64,000 nt of DNA from Acidobacteriota bacterium (GTDB lineage Bacteria > Acidobacteriota > Blastocatellia > UBA7656), in NCBI GenBank assembly GCA_016201275.1, contig JACQDB010000114.1, forward strand, positions 32,111 through 96,110. Direction: 5' to 3'. Positions 1-10,794 of the stretch are shown piece after piece. Position 1 is the first letter of the stretch, and every line of letters starts with the position of its first letter. A program made the position numbers and the translations under genes. The notes beneath the pieces are model-generated. The model had not been told where the DNA came from, searched no databases, and saw only the letters and a program-made list of their open reading frames with translations.

Positions 1-4
1 TAAT

Positions 5-568
5 TTATGTGAGTTGCGCTGCCAGCCAAGCTTTGGCGCTGCGCCATTCGCGCTTGATGGTCGAATCCGATACGCCCAGAACTGCGGCTACTTCTTCGTT
101 CGATAAGCCGCCGAAAAAACGTAACTCGACCAGGCGCGCCTGCATCGGGTCGAATTCGGCCAGGCGATTCAATACGGCGTCAAGCATCACCAAGTCGAGG
201 TCGCGCTGTTGGACAAGTCCCAAGGCTTCGTCCAAGGCAAGCAGGGTTTGGCCAGCGCCGCGCTTGTCGGCCTTCCGATTGAGCGCGTGATTGACCAGTA
301 TGCGCCGCATCATCTCCGCCGCGATGCTGAAAAAATGGGCGCGATTACGCCAGTCCACGGAATGCTGATCAATCAAACGCATATAGGCTTCGTGGACCAG
401 CGCTGTCGCCTGCAAGGTGTGATTCGAGCGTTCGCGGGCAAGTTGACGCCCGGCTATGCGTTTTAATTCCTGATAGACTAGCGGCAACATTTCATCGAGA
501 GCAGCGCGGTCGCCATCGCGTGCCTGTTGCAGCAATCGGGTGACGAGGGATGATCTTTCTTCCGCCAT
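5..568 (-). CDS. ECF-subfamily RNA polymerase sigma-70 factor (may run off window edge at C-terminus)
   Basis: 187-aa ORF with sigma-70 region 2 (LVHEAYMRLID) and region 4 HTH (LRFFGGLSNEEVAAVLGVSDSTIKREW) typical of ECF sigma factors. Confidence 0.85.
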   Translation of the reverse strand: MAEERSSLVTRLLQQARDGDRAALDEMLPLVYQELKRIAGRQLARERSNHTLQATALVHEAYMRLIDQHSVDWRNRAHFFSIAAEMMRRILVNHALNRKADKRGAGQTLLALDEALGLVQQRDLDLVMLDAVLNRLAEFDPMQARLVELRFFGGLSNEEVAAVLGVSDSTIKREWRSAKAWLAAQLT

Positions 569-717
569 AAATGAATGTCCATGTCATAAGAGAACCAAAT
601 GTCCAATTCATTCTATTATGTCTGCCGCTCCCTGACAAAAAAAATTGATCGGCTGACCCCTGTGGCGCTCATTTCTTGCGATTGACTAGAGAAAGGTATA
701 GAGGTTAAGAAACAGGA

Positions 718-786
718 GTTTGGAGGTCCGCCTACAGGCGGCAGATTGCGACTGCGAAGCCTGCCGCCTGTAGGCGGACCTCCAAA
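718..786. repeat. 27-bp-arm perfect palindrome (agtttggaggtccgcctacaggcggcag / ctgccgcctgtaggcggacctccaaac) in divergent intergenic region
   Basis: Read directly; right arm is exact reverse complement of left arm, 15-nt loop. Confidence 0.9.
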
Positions 787-835
787 CCCCGCTTCTCCTT
801 TTTCCAGAAACAAGCAGAGGCATAAGGTAAATCAG

Positions 836-1450
836 ATGAATTGTCCGTTATGTAATTTTGAGAATGTGCTTGATGTGGAAAGGTGCGCGCAATGTGATGC
901 GGCGCTGGCGAAACCTGTGAACGATTCACCCGAAGAGGCGATGGAGAAAGTGCGCCGCATTGCCGAAGACATCACCAAACTTACCACCGAGATGCAGGAG
1001 AAATTGATTCCGGCGCGCACCACTTCGTTCAATGGCTGCGGCGTGATGCTGCTGGATTATCGCCCGGTCGAAGGCGGCGATTACGAAGTGACGCGCTGGG
1101 TGACGCTGTTCGGCTTTCCGCTCATTCCGTTAGGCGTCTGGCGGATTCGTCCTCGCCATTACGAAAGGAATTATCAGGGCGAGCGCCAGAGTTTTTATCT
1201 GCTCGACAAGCGCCGCCTGACCTTGAGTCGCTGCGTTCGCCCGTACCTGTTTCTGGCGCTTGGAGCGTTGCCGTTCCTGCTCGCCTACTTTGTTTTGAAG
1301 CCGGTCATGTACGCCATCAACCGCGCCCTCGGCAGCGGGTCTGCAGTGGCGTTGACTATTCTGCTCATCATTGCGGCGCTGGTCTGGATTGGTTTCATCA
1401 TGACGCGATTCCACAATGTCGAAAAAGCCTATCAGCAGAAAACGCCATGA
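836..1450 (+). CDS. zinc-ribbon domain membrane protein (hypothetical)
   Basis: N-terminal CPLCNFENVLDVERCAQCDA double CxxC motif; C-terminal hydrophobic helices; AAGG Shine-Dalgarno 8 nt upstream of ATG at 836; ORF track starts earlier at 746 inside the palindrome. Confidence 0.55.
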   Translation: MNCPLCNFENVLDVERCAQCDAALAKPVNDSPEEAMEKVRRIAEDITKLTTEMQEKLIPARTTSFNGCGVMLLDYRPVEGGDYEVTRWVTLFGFPLIPLGVWRIRPRHYERNYQGERQSFYLLDKRRLTLSRCVRPYLFLALGALPFLLAYFVLKPVMYAINRALGSGSAVALTILLIIAALVWIGFIMTRFHNVEKAYQQKTP

Positions 1451-1862
1451 AGCCAAGCTCCGTTCTATGGAGCAAAAGAAGAAAACGAAAGCAGGCAAAA
1501 CATAACCTGAAGGGAGAAATTTTCATGCTACAGTGGTTGATGATTCGCAGACCTATAAATCGGCAGCGCTGGTAAGTTGCAGCGCCAAAGGTCGCCTCTG
1601 ATTCGTCCAATCCGCCTGATCCGCCTGATCCGCCGAATCCGTGTTCCCTCCGCAAGGCCCTAGCGAAGCTTGCTTTTTTCGCGGCGAAACGGTTGCACAC
1701 GGCGGTGCTGTCCTCTGCCGGAGTTTCTCAGAAGAGGCGCGTCGCCGCCCACTAATTTTTTTGTGTGGTTGCAAGCGCTTTTAATTTCGATTATTTTATC
1801 TGTTTAGAAAGTGAGAGAGAATCCGTATTGACTCACGTAAATCAAGGCTCAACCATACAACC

Positions 1863-1944
1863 GCCGGGGTGGTGAAATTGGCAGACACGCAGGTCTTAGA
1901 AGCCTGTACCGCGAGGTGTGCGGGTTCAAGTCCCGCCCCCGGCA
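1863..1944 (+). tRNA. tRNA-Leu (anticodon UAG), long variable arm, no encoded CCA
   Basis: Cloverleaf folds by eye: acceptor GCCGGGG/CCCCGGC, D-arm GTGA-AATTGGCAGA-CAC, anticodon stem CAGGT/GCCTG with loop CTTAGAA, long variable arm, T-arm GGGTTCAAGTCCC; near-identical architecture to E. coli tRNA-Leu. Confidence 0.9.
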
Positions 1945-2037
1945 TCTAGTTTCAATCTCCAGATGACAAGCGCAACACGACGCGGCAGTTTGTCCACCTC
2001 GCTGGTTGTCTGGTGTTGATGAAAGGCGAAACACAAA

Positions 2038-3633
2038 TTGAATATAACTGTTACCAATCAGGAAAACTGTAAGAAACAACTGCAACTGGAAATCCCCGCC
2101 GAGGTGGTCAAGGCAGAGGTTGACCGCAAAGCCGCCACCTATGCGCGGCGCATCACCATACCGGGATTCCGCCCCGGTCACGCTCCGGTCAATCTGGTCA
2201 AAAAGCGTTTTCAAAAAGAACTGCGCGACGAAGCGGTTTCCGAATTGCTCCCGACTTCCTTCACGCAGGCGGTCAAAGAGAAAGCGCTGAAACTGGTCGC
2301 CGAACCGAACCTCGATGAAATGAAAGTCAACGATGATGATTCCATTAGTGCCACTTTTTCCTTGGTGACTGCGCCGGAATTCGAGTTGTCGGAATATAAA
2401 CATCTGTCGCTTACCAAACACCTGCACGAGACCACCGACGCCGAGGTGGACAAAGCCATAGAGATGTTGCGCGAAGGTCGCGCCGAATTGGTTCCGGTCA
2501 CAGATCGCGGCGCACAAACCGGCGACACCCTCAGCATTATCTTGAGCGGCAAAGCCGATTTGACCTATCAGCCGCAAGACCTAAGCAGCACGGAAGCGGT
2601 GGCAGCCGTGAATACGGAAGAAGCCGCCGCCACCGCATCGAACCAAAACGCCGAAGCCTCTGACGAAGAGGCGCAAGAAAAAACCGCTGCCAACGAAGCG
2701 AGCGAAGCCGACGTAAAGACGGCAGGCGAGGCCGTGACCCGTGAAGCTGTCGAAGCCCTTACAGAAGATGACGCCAGCGCTGCCGCTACCGAAGAGGCGA
2801 TTACCGTAGAGGCGGAAAAGACCATCGAGATAAGCGAACAGAACCTTGATATTACGCTCGGCGCGGAAGGCAATCTGCAAACCTTTGATGAAGTGTTGAC
2901 CGGCGCACAGGCGGGCGAAAAAAAATCGGTGACCATTGATTACCCGAAAGATTATCCAGACCCTAACTTTGCCAATCGCCGCTGGCATTTCGATTTGGAA
3001 GTGACCGCCGTGCGCGCCAAAGAATTGCCCACAATGGATGAAGAGTTTTTGCGCGGCATTGATGCGGAAATCAAAACCGTGGACGAACTGCGCGCCAAGA
3101 TTCACGCCAATTATGAGGAGCGCAACACCCAGCACAGCAAAGACGCGCTCCGCAACGCGGCGATCAAGCAACTGATCGCTGCCAATTCTTTTGAGGTGCC
3201 AGAATCGCTGGTCGAAAAACAGACCCAGCAACGCTTTTCCGAAACTCTCAATGACTTGATGCGCTCCGGCATAGACGTTCGCAATCTGGGACTTGATTGG
3301 AAGGCCATGATGGAGTTGCAACGCGACAAGGCGATTGATGAAGTTCGCAGTTATTTTATTCTTGAACGCATCATCGAAGCCGAAAAGATTGAAGCCACGG
3401 ACGAGGAATTGGAGCGGGAAGTGGCGTTGATGGCCACGGCCATGAATCAACCGCTGGCGGCTTTGAAAGCACGCTTGACAAAGGAAGGGGGCGTGGATAC
3501 CATCAAAGAGCAGATCAGACATCAAAAAGCCCTTGACCTTATTATCAATTCCGCCGATATTAAAGAAGTAGTGGGAGAAGAAACAGAAGACGCAACCGAG
3601 AATACCGAGGAAGGGAGTCAGGCTGAGGGGTAA
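2038..3633 (+). CDS. tig: trigger factor (peptidyl-prolyl cis-trans isomerase, ribosome-associated chaperone) with a long acidic/Ala-rich insertion
   Basis: N-terminal ribosome-binding signature GFRPGHAP; position directly upstream of clpP-clpX-lon (conserved tig-clpPX-lon synteny); 531 aa versus ~430 typical. Confidence 0.9.
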   Translation: MNITVTNQENCKKQLQLEIPAEVVKAEVDRKAATYARRITIPGFRPGHAPVNLVKKRFQKELRDEAVSELLPTSFTQAVKEKALKLVAEPNLDEMKVNDDDSISATFSLVTAPEFELSEYKHLSLTKHLHETTDAEVDKAIEMLREGRAELVPVTDRGAQTGDTLSIILSGKADLTYQPQDLSSTEAVAAVNTEEAAATASNQNAEASDEEAQEKTAANEASEADVKTAGEAVTREAVEALTEDDASAAATEEAITVEAEKTIEISEQNLDITLGAEGNLQTFDEVLTGAQAGEKKSVTIDYPKDYPDPNFANRRWHFDLEVTAVRAKELPTMDEEFLRGIDAEIKTVDELRAKIHANYEERNTQHSKDALRNAAIKQLIAANSFEVPESLVEKQTQQRFSETLNDLMRSGIDVRNLGLDWKAMMELQRDKAIDEVRSYFILERIIEAEKIEATDEELEREVALMATAMNQPLAALKARLTKEGGVDTIKEQIRHQKALDLIINSADIKEVVGEETEDATENTEEGSQAEG

Positions 3634-3749
3634 GCCAAATTCGTAAGGTCTGCGGCTCTGTACATCGCCGGTTTCTCCAGGCGGTCGCGGCTTACCGAAT
3701 CGGCTCCTGCTGGCCACTAATCTGAAGGACAATTTACGCTATAACTATC

Positions 3750-4367
3750 ATGAGTAACTTCGATAAGAACTACGAAACGCACATGGCTCTTGTGCCGATG
3801 GTTGTCGAACAGACAGCGCGTGGCGAAAGAGCTTTCGATATTTATTCGCGCCTGCTGAAAGACAACATTATCTTTTTGGGGACGCCGATTGACGATATGA
3901 TTGCCAATCTGGTGGTCGCCCAGTTGCTCTTTCTGGAAGCCGAAGACCCCGACCGCGACATCTCGCTTTATATCAACAGCCCCGGCGGTTCGATCACCGC
4001 AGGCTTTGCCATTTATGACACTATGCAATTCATCAAACCCGATGTGACGACCATCTGCATCGGGCAATGCGCTTCGATGGGCGCATTGCTGTTGACCGCA
4101 GGCGCGCCCGGTAAACGCTACGCCTTGCCGAATTCGCGCATACTGATTCATCAACCCTCTGGCGGCACCCAAGGACAGGCGACCGATATTCGCATACAGG
4201 CCGAAGAGATTTTGCGTATGCGAAAACTGACCAGTGAAATTCTGGCGCATCACACTGGGCAAACTATGGAGCGCGTCGAACGCGATGTCGAGCGCGACTT
4301 GATTATGAGTCCGTCGCAGGCTAAAGAGTATGGCTTGATTGATCAGGTCATTGCTCATCGTGAATAA
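3750..4367 (+). CDS. clpP: ATP-dependent Clp protease proteolytic subunit
   Basis: Ser-His-Asp triad context ([12 protein letters not shown]), characteristic ClpP sequence throughout. Confidence 0.95.
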   Translation: MSNFDKNYETHMALVPMVVEQTARGERAFDIYSRLLKDNIIFLGTPIDDMIANLVVAQLLFLEAEDPDRDISLYINSPGGSITAGFAIYDTMQFIKPDVTTICIGQCASMGALLLTAGAPGKRYALPNSRILIHQPSGGTQGQATDIRIQAEEILRMRKLTSEILAHHTGQTMERVERDVERDLIMSPSQAKEYGLIDQVIAHRE

Positions 4368-4453
4368 TCAGCCCGCAAGAGCATCCGCCGATTATTCGTA
4401 ATTTACTGTTTACAGTTGGCCTCTGTAATACCGAGTTCGAGAATTTATAACTG

Positions 4454-5698
4454 ATGGGAGACTGGATGAGACGAGGCGATGATACCCTGCGTTGCTCGTT
4501 TTGTGGCAAATCACAGAACGAGGTAAAAAAGCTTATTGCCGGACCTACCGTTTATATTTGCAACGAGTGCATAGACATCTGCAATGAGATAATCACTGAC
4601 GACCAGCAACAAGAGACCGCAGCCCGTCGTCCCCCATTGCCCAAACCAATTGAGATTAAAGAGTTCCTCGATGATTACGTCATCGGCCAGGACGAGACCA
4701 AAAAGAAACTGGCGGTCGCCGTCTATCAACACTATCGCCGCATCGAAATGCAGAAGCGCCGCAACTCCGATGTCGAAGTGCAGAAATCCAACATCATGTT
4801 GATTGGCCCCACGGGAACCGGCAAAACTCTGCTCGCCCAAACACTGGCGCGTATGCTCAATGTGCCGTTTACCATAGTGGATGCCACGACTTTGACCGAA
4901 GCCGGTTATGTTGGCGAAGATGTCGAAAACATCATCCTGAAATTATTGCAGTCGGCCAACGGCGATATTGAACGCGCTCAAAACGGCATCATCTACATAG
5001 ATGAAATAGACAAGATTTGCCGCAAGGATGAAAACCCTTCGATTACCCGCGATGTGTCGGGCGAAGGCGTGCAGCAGGCGTTGTTGAAAATCCTTGAAGG
5101 CACGGTGGCCAATGTGCCGCCGCAGGGCGGACGCAAACATCCGCATCAGGAATTTTTCCCTGTTGATACGACCAACATTTTATTCATCTGCGGCGGCGCT
5201 TTCGTAGGGTTGGAAAAAGTAGTCGAACGGCGCGTCGGCAAAAAAGCGTTGGGCTTTCACGCCAACGTCAGGAGCGCTCGCAAACGCCGACTCAGCGAAA
5301 CCCTGCAACAGGTCGAACCCGAAGATTTAATCAAGTACGGCTTGATTCCCGAATTCGTCGGGCGCTTGCCGGTGGTTGGTACGCTGCATGAATTGGATGA
5401 AGCGGCGATGGTCGAGATTTTGACCAAGCCCAGAAATGCCTTGAGCAAACAGTACAAAAAATTGTTCGAGTATGAAGGCGTCAAGTTGCGCTTTGCCGAT
5501 GACGCGCTTGAAGCGATTGCGCGCATGGCTTGCGAACGCAAAGTTGGCGCACGCGGCTTGCGTATGATTCTCGAAGAGTTGATGCTCGATGTGATGTATA
5601 TGCTGCCGTCGAACAAAAAGGTGAAGGAATTTGTGGTCACCAGCGAGATGGTCGAAAATCGTCGCGCCACCTTTCCTGTCCTTGAAAAAGCCGGCTAA
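4454..5698 (+). CDS. clpX: ATP-dependent Clp protease ATP-binding subunit ClpX
   Basis: N-terminal C4 zinc finger (CSFCGK...CNEC), Walker A GPTGTGKT, sensor motifs; follows clpP. Confidence 0.95.
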   Translation: MGDWMRRGDDTLRCSFCGKSQNEVKKLIAGPTVYICNECIDICNEIITDDQQQETAARRPPLPKPIEIKEFLDDYVIGQDETKKKLAVAVYQHYRRIEMQKRRNSDVEVQKSNIMLIGPTGTGKTLLAQTLARMLNVPFTIVDATTLTEAGYVGEDVENIILKLLQSANGDIERAQNGIIYIDEIDKICRKDENPSITRDVSGEGVQQALLKILEGTVANVPPQGGRKHPHQEFFPVDTTNILFICGGAFVGLEKVVERRVGKKALGFHANVRSARKRRLSETLQQVEPEDLIKYGLIPEFVGRLPVVGTLHELDEAAMVEILTKPRNALSKQYKKLFEYEGVKLRFADDALEAIARMACERKVGARGLRMILEELMLDVMYMLPSNKKVKEFVVTSEMVENRRATFPVLEKAG

Positions 5699-5780
5699 CG
5701 AAACTTCAGGATAGCAGAAAATTCCCCCGATTTTTCGGGCTACCAACAGTTAAACTTGTTCTCTTGAAATCGTAAATACC

Positions 5781-8231
5781 ATGAATGAATTCAGTGATAG
5801 CACCCCAAGCGACGTTGTTCGATGCCCTATGGTTCCGATTCGGGACGTAGTGGTTTTTCCTTATACGATGGTCGCCTTTGTCATCGGCAGACCGGCCAGT
5901 GTGCGCGCTCTGGAAATCGCTTTGCGCGGCGACAAGACCATCTTTCTGGCCAGCCAGCACGACGCCACCGTTGACGAACCCGATATTGATCAGGTTTACA
6001 ACATCGGCACCATCGCACGCATCACCCACAACCTGCGCTTGCCCGATGGCAACATCAAAGTGATGGTCGAAGGCATTGAACGGGCGCGTGCGGTGCGCGT
6101 CGAAGATGAAGATGGCTACTGGCAGGCGACGGTTCGCAAAGCGCCGCAAGTCAGTGAATCGCGGGCGCGCTTGAACGCCTTGATCGGGCGCGTGGGATCG
6201 CTGGTTGATCAATATGTTCGTCAGTCAACCGACTTGGCCAATCCCGAAACCGTCACCGCCGCTTTACGCATTGATGACCCAGCGCGTTTGTGCGACACCG
6301 TGGCCTCGAATTTGAAGTTGTCGGTCGAAGACAAACAAGGGTTGTTGGAAATCTTCCCGCTGTATGAACGGCTGGTGCGTTTGACCGAAGTGCTGGAAGT
6401 CGAACTGGAAAAAATTCAGGTTGACCGCGCCATTCACGGGCGCGTCAAACGCCAGATGGAACGCGCTCAGAAAGAGTATTATCTCAACGAAAAAATCAAA
6501 GCCATTCACAAAGAGTTGGGGCGCAAAGACGAAAAGGCCGAACTCGAAGAGTTGAAGCAGAAGATCGAAGCGGCAGGCTTGCCGAAAGACGCTTATGATA
6601 AGGCTATGGCCGAGCTTCGGCGTTTGGAACAGATGCCGCCGATGTCTGCCGAATCAACCGTCTCGCGCACCTATCTGGATTGGCTGCTCGCCGTTCCCTG
6701 GCAGGACAAGAGCGAAGAGTTGCGCGACATCAAAGCGGCGCAGGAAATTTTGGACGACGATCATTATGGCCTGGATAAAATTAAAGAGCGCATCATCGAA
6801 TACTTGGCGGTGCGCCAACTTGTAGAGCGTCCGAAAGGTTCTATACTCTGTTTTGTTGGCCCCCCGGGAGTCGGCAAAACCAGTCTCGGTCGTTCGATTG
6901 CCAAAGCCACAGGCCGCCATTTCGTGCGCCTTTCGTTAGGCGGTGTGCGCGATGAAGCCGAGATTCGCGGCCATCGTCGCACCTACATAGGCGCACTGCC
7001 GGGACAAATTATTCAGATGGTGAAGAAGGCCGGTACGGTCAATCCGCTCATCCTGCTGGATGAAGTAGATAAACTCGGCATGGATTTTCGCGGCGACCCG
7101 TCATCGGCCTTGCTGGAAGTTTTAGACCCCGAACAGAACTTTACCTTCCACGATCATTATCTCGATGTCGAATATGATTTATCCAACGTGATGTTCATAG
7201 CGACGGCCAATGTCCTGCACACCATTCCTCCGGCGCTGCAAGATCGCTTGGAAACTTTGCGCTTGCCCGGTTACACCGAACGCGAAAAGCTGGAGATTGC
7301 CAAACAGCATTTGCTGCCGAAACAACTGGAAGCCAATGGCCTGACCAAAGAGCAGGTCGAGTTTACCGAAGACGGCTTCAAGGCCATCATTCAACATTAC
7401 ACACGCGAAGCCGGTGTGCGAAATCTTGAACGCGAAATTTCTTCGGTCTTGAGAAAGATCGCCCGCAAATTATTGACCTCCGATGACGCCGAACATTACA
7501 GCGTCGTCATTACTGGCGAGGTGGTCAAAGAATTATTGGGTCCCATCAAATTCCGTCCGCAATCTCTGGCTGCTGAAAACGAAGTTGGCTTGGCAACCGG
7601 CATGGCATGGACGGAAGTCGGCGGCGAGATTCTGCACATCGAAGCCTCTTTGATGAAAGGTCGTGGCCAGATCAAACTCACCGGCAAACTCGGCGAAGTG
7701 ATGCAGGAATCGGCACACGCGGCCTTGACCTGTGTGCGCGCTCGCGCTGATCGCTTGGGCGTCAAGGCCGATTTTTATAAGAAGTTTGATTTGCATCTGC
7801 ACGTACCGGAAGGCGCGATTCCCAAAGATGGCCCGTCGGCAGGCATCGCCATTTCGACAGCGCTGGTTTCGGTGCTGACCGGCATACCGATTCGCAACGA
7901 CGTAGCGATGACCGGCGAGATTACCTTGCGCGGCAAAGTCTTGCCGATTGGCGGTGTCAAAGAGAAATTGCTGGCCGCACATCGTTCGGGCATTACCACG
8001 ATTATTCTTCCGAAGGACAACGGCAAAGACTTGGTTGAATTGCCGGAAGATATTAAACAGGCGCTGACCATTCACGAAGTTGATGATGTTGATCAGGTCT
8101 GGCGCATTGCTCTGGAAGATGACCCGATTCAACGGCATCTGGAAAAATTGAAGAGCGAGCCGTTGACGCCTGAACTGCCGATTTGGAGTCAACCGCCGAC
8201 GGGCGATGCCGCCAATCAGATTTTGGAATAG
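5781..8231 (+). CDS. lon: ATP-dependent Lon protease
   Basis: LON N-domain, AAA+ Walker A GPPGVGKTS, C-terminal Ser-Lys dyad motif PKDGPSAGIA; 816 aa. Confidence 0.95.
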   Translation: MNEFSDSTPSDVVRCPMVPIRDVVVFPYTMVAFVIGRPASVRALEIALRGDKTIFLASQHDATVDEPDIDQVYNIGTIARITHNLRLPDGNIKVMVEGIERARAVRVEDEDGYWQATVRKAPQVSESRARLNALIGRVGSLVDQYVRQSTDLANPETVTAALRIDDPARLCDTVASNLKLSVEDKQGLLEIFPLYERLVRLTEVLEVELEKIQVDRAIHGRVKRQMERAQKEYYLNEKIKAIHKELGRKDEKAELEELKQKIEAAGLPKDAYDKAMAELRRLEQMPPMSAESTVSRTYLDWLLAVPWQDKSEELRDIKAAQEILDDDHYGLDKIKERIIEYLAVRQLVERPKGSILCFVGPPGVGKTSLGRSIAKATGRHFVRLSLGGVRDEAEIRGHRRTYIGALPGQIIQMVKKAGTVNPLILLDEVDKLGMDFRGDPSSALLEVLDPEQNFTFHDHYLDVEYDLSNVMFIATANVLHTIPPALQDRLETLRLPGYTEREKLEIAKQHLLPKQLEANGLTKEQVEFTEDGFKAIIQHYTREAGVRNLEREISSVLRKIARKLLTSDDAEHYSVVITGEVVKELLGPIKFRPQSLAAENEVGLATGMAWTEVGGEILHIEASLMKGRGQIKLTGKLGEVMQESAHAALTCVRARADRLGVKADFYKKFDLHLHVPEGAIPKDGPSAGIAISTALVSVLTGIPIRNDVAMTGEITLRGKVLPIGGVKEKLLAAHRSGITTIILPKDNGKDLVELPEDIKQALTIHEVDDVDQVWRIALEDDPIQRHLEKLKSEPLTPELPIWSQPPTGDAANQILE

Positions 8232-8260
8232 TCCGTAGCCCGTAGTCCGTAGCCCGTAGC
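8232..8260. repeat. tandem heptamer repeat (Y)CCGTAG x4
   Basis: tccgtagcccgtagtccgtagcccgtagc read directly after lon stop. Confidence 0.9.
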
Positions 8261-8326
8261 TGTTTTTTGAACTCCCTGAAAGTGGCTCCTGTAGCCGGTT
8301 TCAAGGTTTCCTGTCAAACAGCGAGT

Positions 8327-8357
8327 GACGAAGGACGAAGGACGAAGGACGAAGGAC
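8327..8357. repeat. tandem heptamer repeat GACGAAG x4.5 immediately upstream of engB start
   Basis: gacgaaggacgaaggacgaaggacgaaggac read directly. Confidence 0.9.
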
Positions 8358-8358
8358 T

Positions 8359-8940
8359 ATGAAGGTAACGAGCGCAGAGTTTATCAAGAGCGCCACCGCG
8401 CCGGAGCATTATCCGCTGGACCGCCGCCGCGAAGTCGCTTTTATGGGGCGCTCGAATGTCGGCAAATCGAGTTTGCTCAACAGTCTGTTGGGCGTGAAGG
8501 GGTTGGCGCGCACCAGTTCGACACCGGGACGCACCCAACTGATTAATTTCTTTCTGATTAATCAGGCGTTCTACTTCGTGGACTTGCCGGGATATGGGTA
8601 CGCCCGCGTGCCAACGGAAATCAAAAACGAGTGGGGACCGATGATTGAAAAATATCTGGCGTCCCGTGACAATCTGGTGTTATCTATAGCGATTATTGAT
8701 GCGCGACATGGCCCTACCAAGCTTGACCTCATGTTGAAAGAGTGGCTGGAGACCAATGACAAACCGTTCATCGTAGTTGCTACGAAAGCCGACAAATTGA
8801 GCAATAATAAATTAAGTGCCAGTATGAAAAGTGCGGAAGAGAGTTTGGGGAAAGGCCGTGTCATTCCCTATTCCGCGATCACCCGTCGCGGTGCTGACCG
8901 CATCTGGAAAGAGATCGCGGCGCGAACTCTTTCCCGTTGA
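8359..8940 (+). CDS. engB: ribosome biogenesis GTP-binding protein EngB/YihA/YsxC
   Basis: G1 GRSNVGKSSLLN, G3 DLPGYG, G4 TKADK motifs; ~190 aa; conserved position after lon. Confidence 0.85.
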   Translation: MKVTSAEFIKSATAPEHYPLDRRREVAFMGRSNVGKSSLLNSLLGVKGLARTSSTPGRTQLINFFLINQAFYFVDLPGYGYARVPTEIKNEWGPMIEKYLASRDNLVLSIAIIDARHGPTKLDLMLKEWLETNDKPFIVVATKADKLSNNKLSASMKSAEESLGKGRVIPYSAITRRGADRIWKEIAARTLSR

Positions 8941-9153
8941 CCAGTGCAGGTTGCAGATGGCGGATGCCTGACTTTCCCAATCCGCATTCACCGGAATCCA
9001 GCCTGAAACCACACGGTATAGCCATTGACAAAGTGTACCGTTTCTCGCTCTACAATCTGCACCGGATGACTTATCCCTGTAACCAAACTCCCTGCCGTGA
9101 GGCGCAACTCAGGAAGGCGCACGCGGCTAAAAAATCGTGAGGATAGAAAAATT

Positions 9154-10428
9154 ATGGCTGAAGAAGTAAATGAGTTGATGGACATCAGCGATTTGAAAGA
9201 GATGTCCATCTCGAAACTGACCCAGATCGCCAAAGAGTTGGATATAGCGGGGGCGACCGGTATGCGAAAGCAGGAGATTATCTTCAAAATCCTACAGGCG
9301 CAGACCGAAAAATCGGGGTTGATCTTTTCCGAAGGCGTGTTGGAGACGCTGCCCGATGGCTTCGGGTTTTTACGCGCCCCGGATTACAACTATCTGCCGG
9401 GACCGGATGATATTTACGTCAGCCCTTCGCAGATACGCAAATTCGATTTGCGAACCGGCGACACCATCTCCGGGCAGATACGTCCGCCGAAAGAAGGCGA
9501 GCGTTATTTCGCTTTAATCAAAGTCGAGGCGATCAATTTCGAGCCGCCGGAAATGGCGCGTGATCGAGTGTTTTTCGATAACCTCACGCCGCTCTACCCG
9601 GAAGAAAAACTGCGCCTGGAAACCGCCTCGGAAAATCTTGCCGGTCGCGTTCTTGATTTGATGACGCCCATAGGCAAAGGCCAGCGCGCCTTGATTGTCG
9701 CGCCGCCGCGCACCGGCAAAACCATGCTCTTGCAATCGGTCGCCAACTCCATCACCAAGAATCACCCGGAAGTCACCTTGATCGTGTTGTTGATTGACGA
9801 GCGCCCCGAAGAGGTCACTGATATGCAACGCTCTGTGCATGGCGAAGTCATCAGCTCGACCTTCGATGAACCGCCTACGCGCCACGTTCAAGTCGCCGAC
9901 ATGGTGATTGAAAAAGCTAAACGCCTGGTTGAATACGGGCGCGATGTGGTGATTCTGCTCGATTCGATTACCCGACTGGCGCGCGCTCATAACTCGGTGG
10001 TGCCGCCATCGGGCAAGATTCTGTCTGGCGGTATTGACTCGAACGCTTTGCAAAAGCCCAAGCGCTTTTTCGGCTCGGCGCGCAACATTGAAGAAGGCGG
10101 CAGCTTGACGATTATCGCCACGGCGTTGATTGATACTGGTTCCAGAATGGACGATGTTATTTTTGAAGAGTTCAAGGGCACAGGCAACTTGGAGATTAAT
10201 CTCGACCGCAAGCTGACCGAGAAACGCATCTTCCCTTCGATAGACATCAACAAATCCGGCACTCGCAAAGAAGAGTTGTTATTGGCGCAGAAGGATTTCA
10301 ATCGCATCATCGCCTTGCGTCGCGTGTTGTCGCAATTGTCGGCCACCGAAGCGATGGAGTTGTTATTGGAAAGATTGGGCAAGACCAAAGCGAATTCCGA
10401 CTTCCTCGATTCGATGCAATCACAATAG
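9154..10428 (+). CDS. rho: transcription termination factor Rho
   Basis: N-terminal RNA-binding domain, Walker A APPRTGKT, RecA-like core highly similar to Rho; likely start MAEEVNEL (ORF track begins at 9097). Confidence 0.95.
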   Translation: MAEEVNELMDISDLKEMSISKLTQIAKELDIAGATGMRKQEIIFKILQAQTEKSGLIFSEGVLETLPDGFGFLRAPDYNYLPGPDDIYVSPSQIRKFDLRTGDTISGQIRPPKEGERYFALIKVEAINFEPPEMARDRVFFDNLTPLYPEEKLRLETASENLAGRVLDLMTPIGKGQRALIVAPPRTGKTMLLQSVANSITKNHPEVTLIVLLIDERPEEVTDMQRSVHGEVISSTFDEPPTRHVQVADMVIEKAKRLVEYGRDVVILLDSITRLARAHNSVVPPSGKILSGGIDSNALQKPKRFFGSARNIEEGGSLTIIATALIDTGSRMDDVIFEEFKGTGNLEINLDRKLTEKRIFPSIDINKSGTRKEELLLAQKDFNRIIALRRVLSQLSATEAMELLLERLGKTKANSDFLDSMQSQ

Positions 10429-10794
10429 CGCAAAAGAGGTAGGCGTTGCGCCTGTCTGGCGGCAATATCTTTTGCCAGTCCCCGCGTTTTTTGGGCGGCT
10501 TGAAATTTCAGGCCGCCTGAAAAACGCTTTCGTTTTTGACTTCGCTGTTCTCTTTGTCGTCACCACGAAACTGACACGCGGTTGAGAGGCGGTCTATGAC
10601 TTCCGCCGTGCGGTCAGCGACCGCTGCTCAACAAGCCTGCCGCACCAATGAAAGACGAGCGCGCATTGCCATGAATCAAGCCCCTTGAGGCGTCTTGAGT
10701 GGTGCAAAGATGGGGCTGGAAAAAGTGAACCCGACAATGCAGCGCGACGAGTATGATGCGTCGAGGCCAGCGCTTCGACATACTGCGAAAGGGT

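Noticed and set aside
836-1450. Anti-sigma factor call for the Zn-ribbon membrane protein
   Set aside because: It is divergent from the ECF sigma gene rather than co-transcribed downstream of it. The zinc motif is a generic double CxxC ribbon, not the HxxxCxxC ZAS motif. I left it as hypothetical.
1849-2577. 242-aa minus-strand ORF
   Set aside because: Overlaps the tRNA-Leu gene and the tig start. It has no SD or motifs. Spurious.
2581-3732. 383-aa minus-strand ORF
   Set aside because: Antisense to trigger factor. Spurious.
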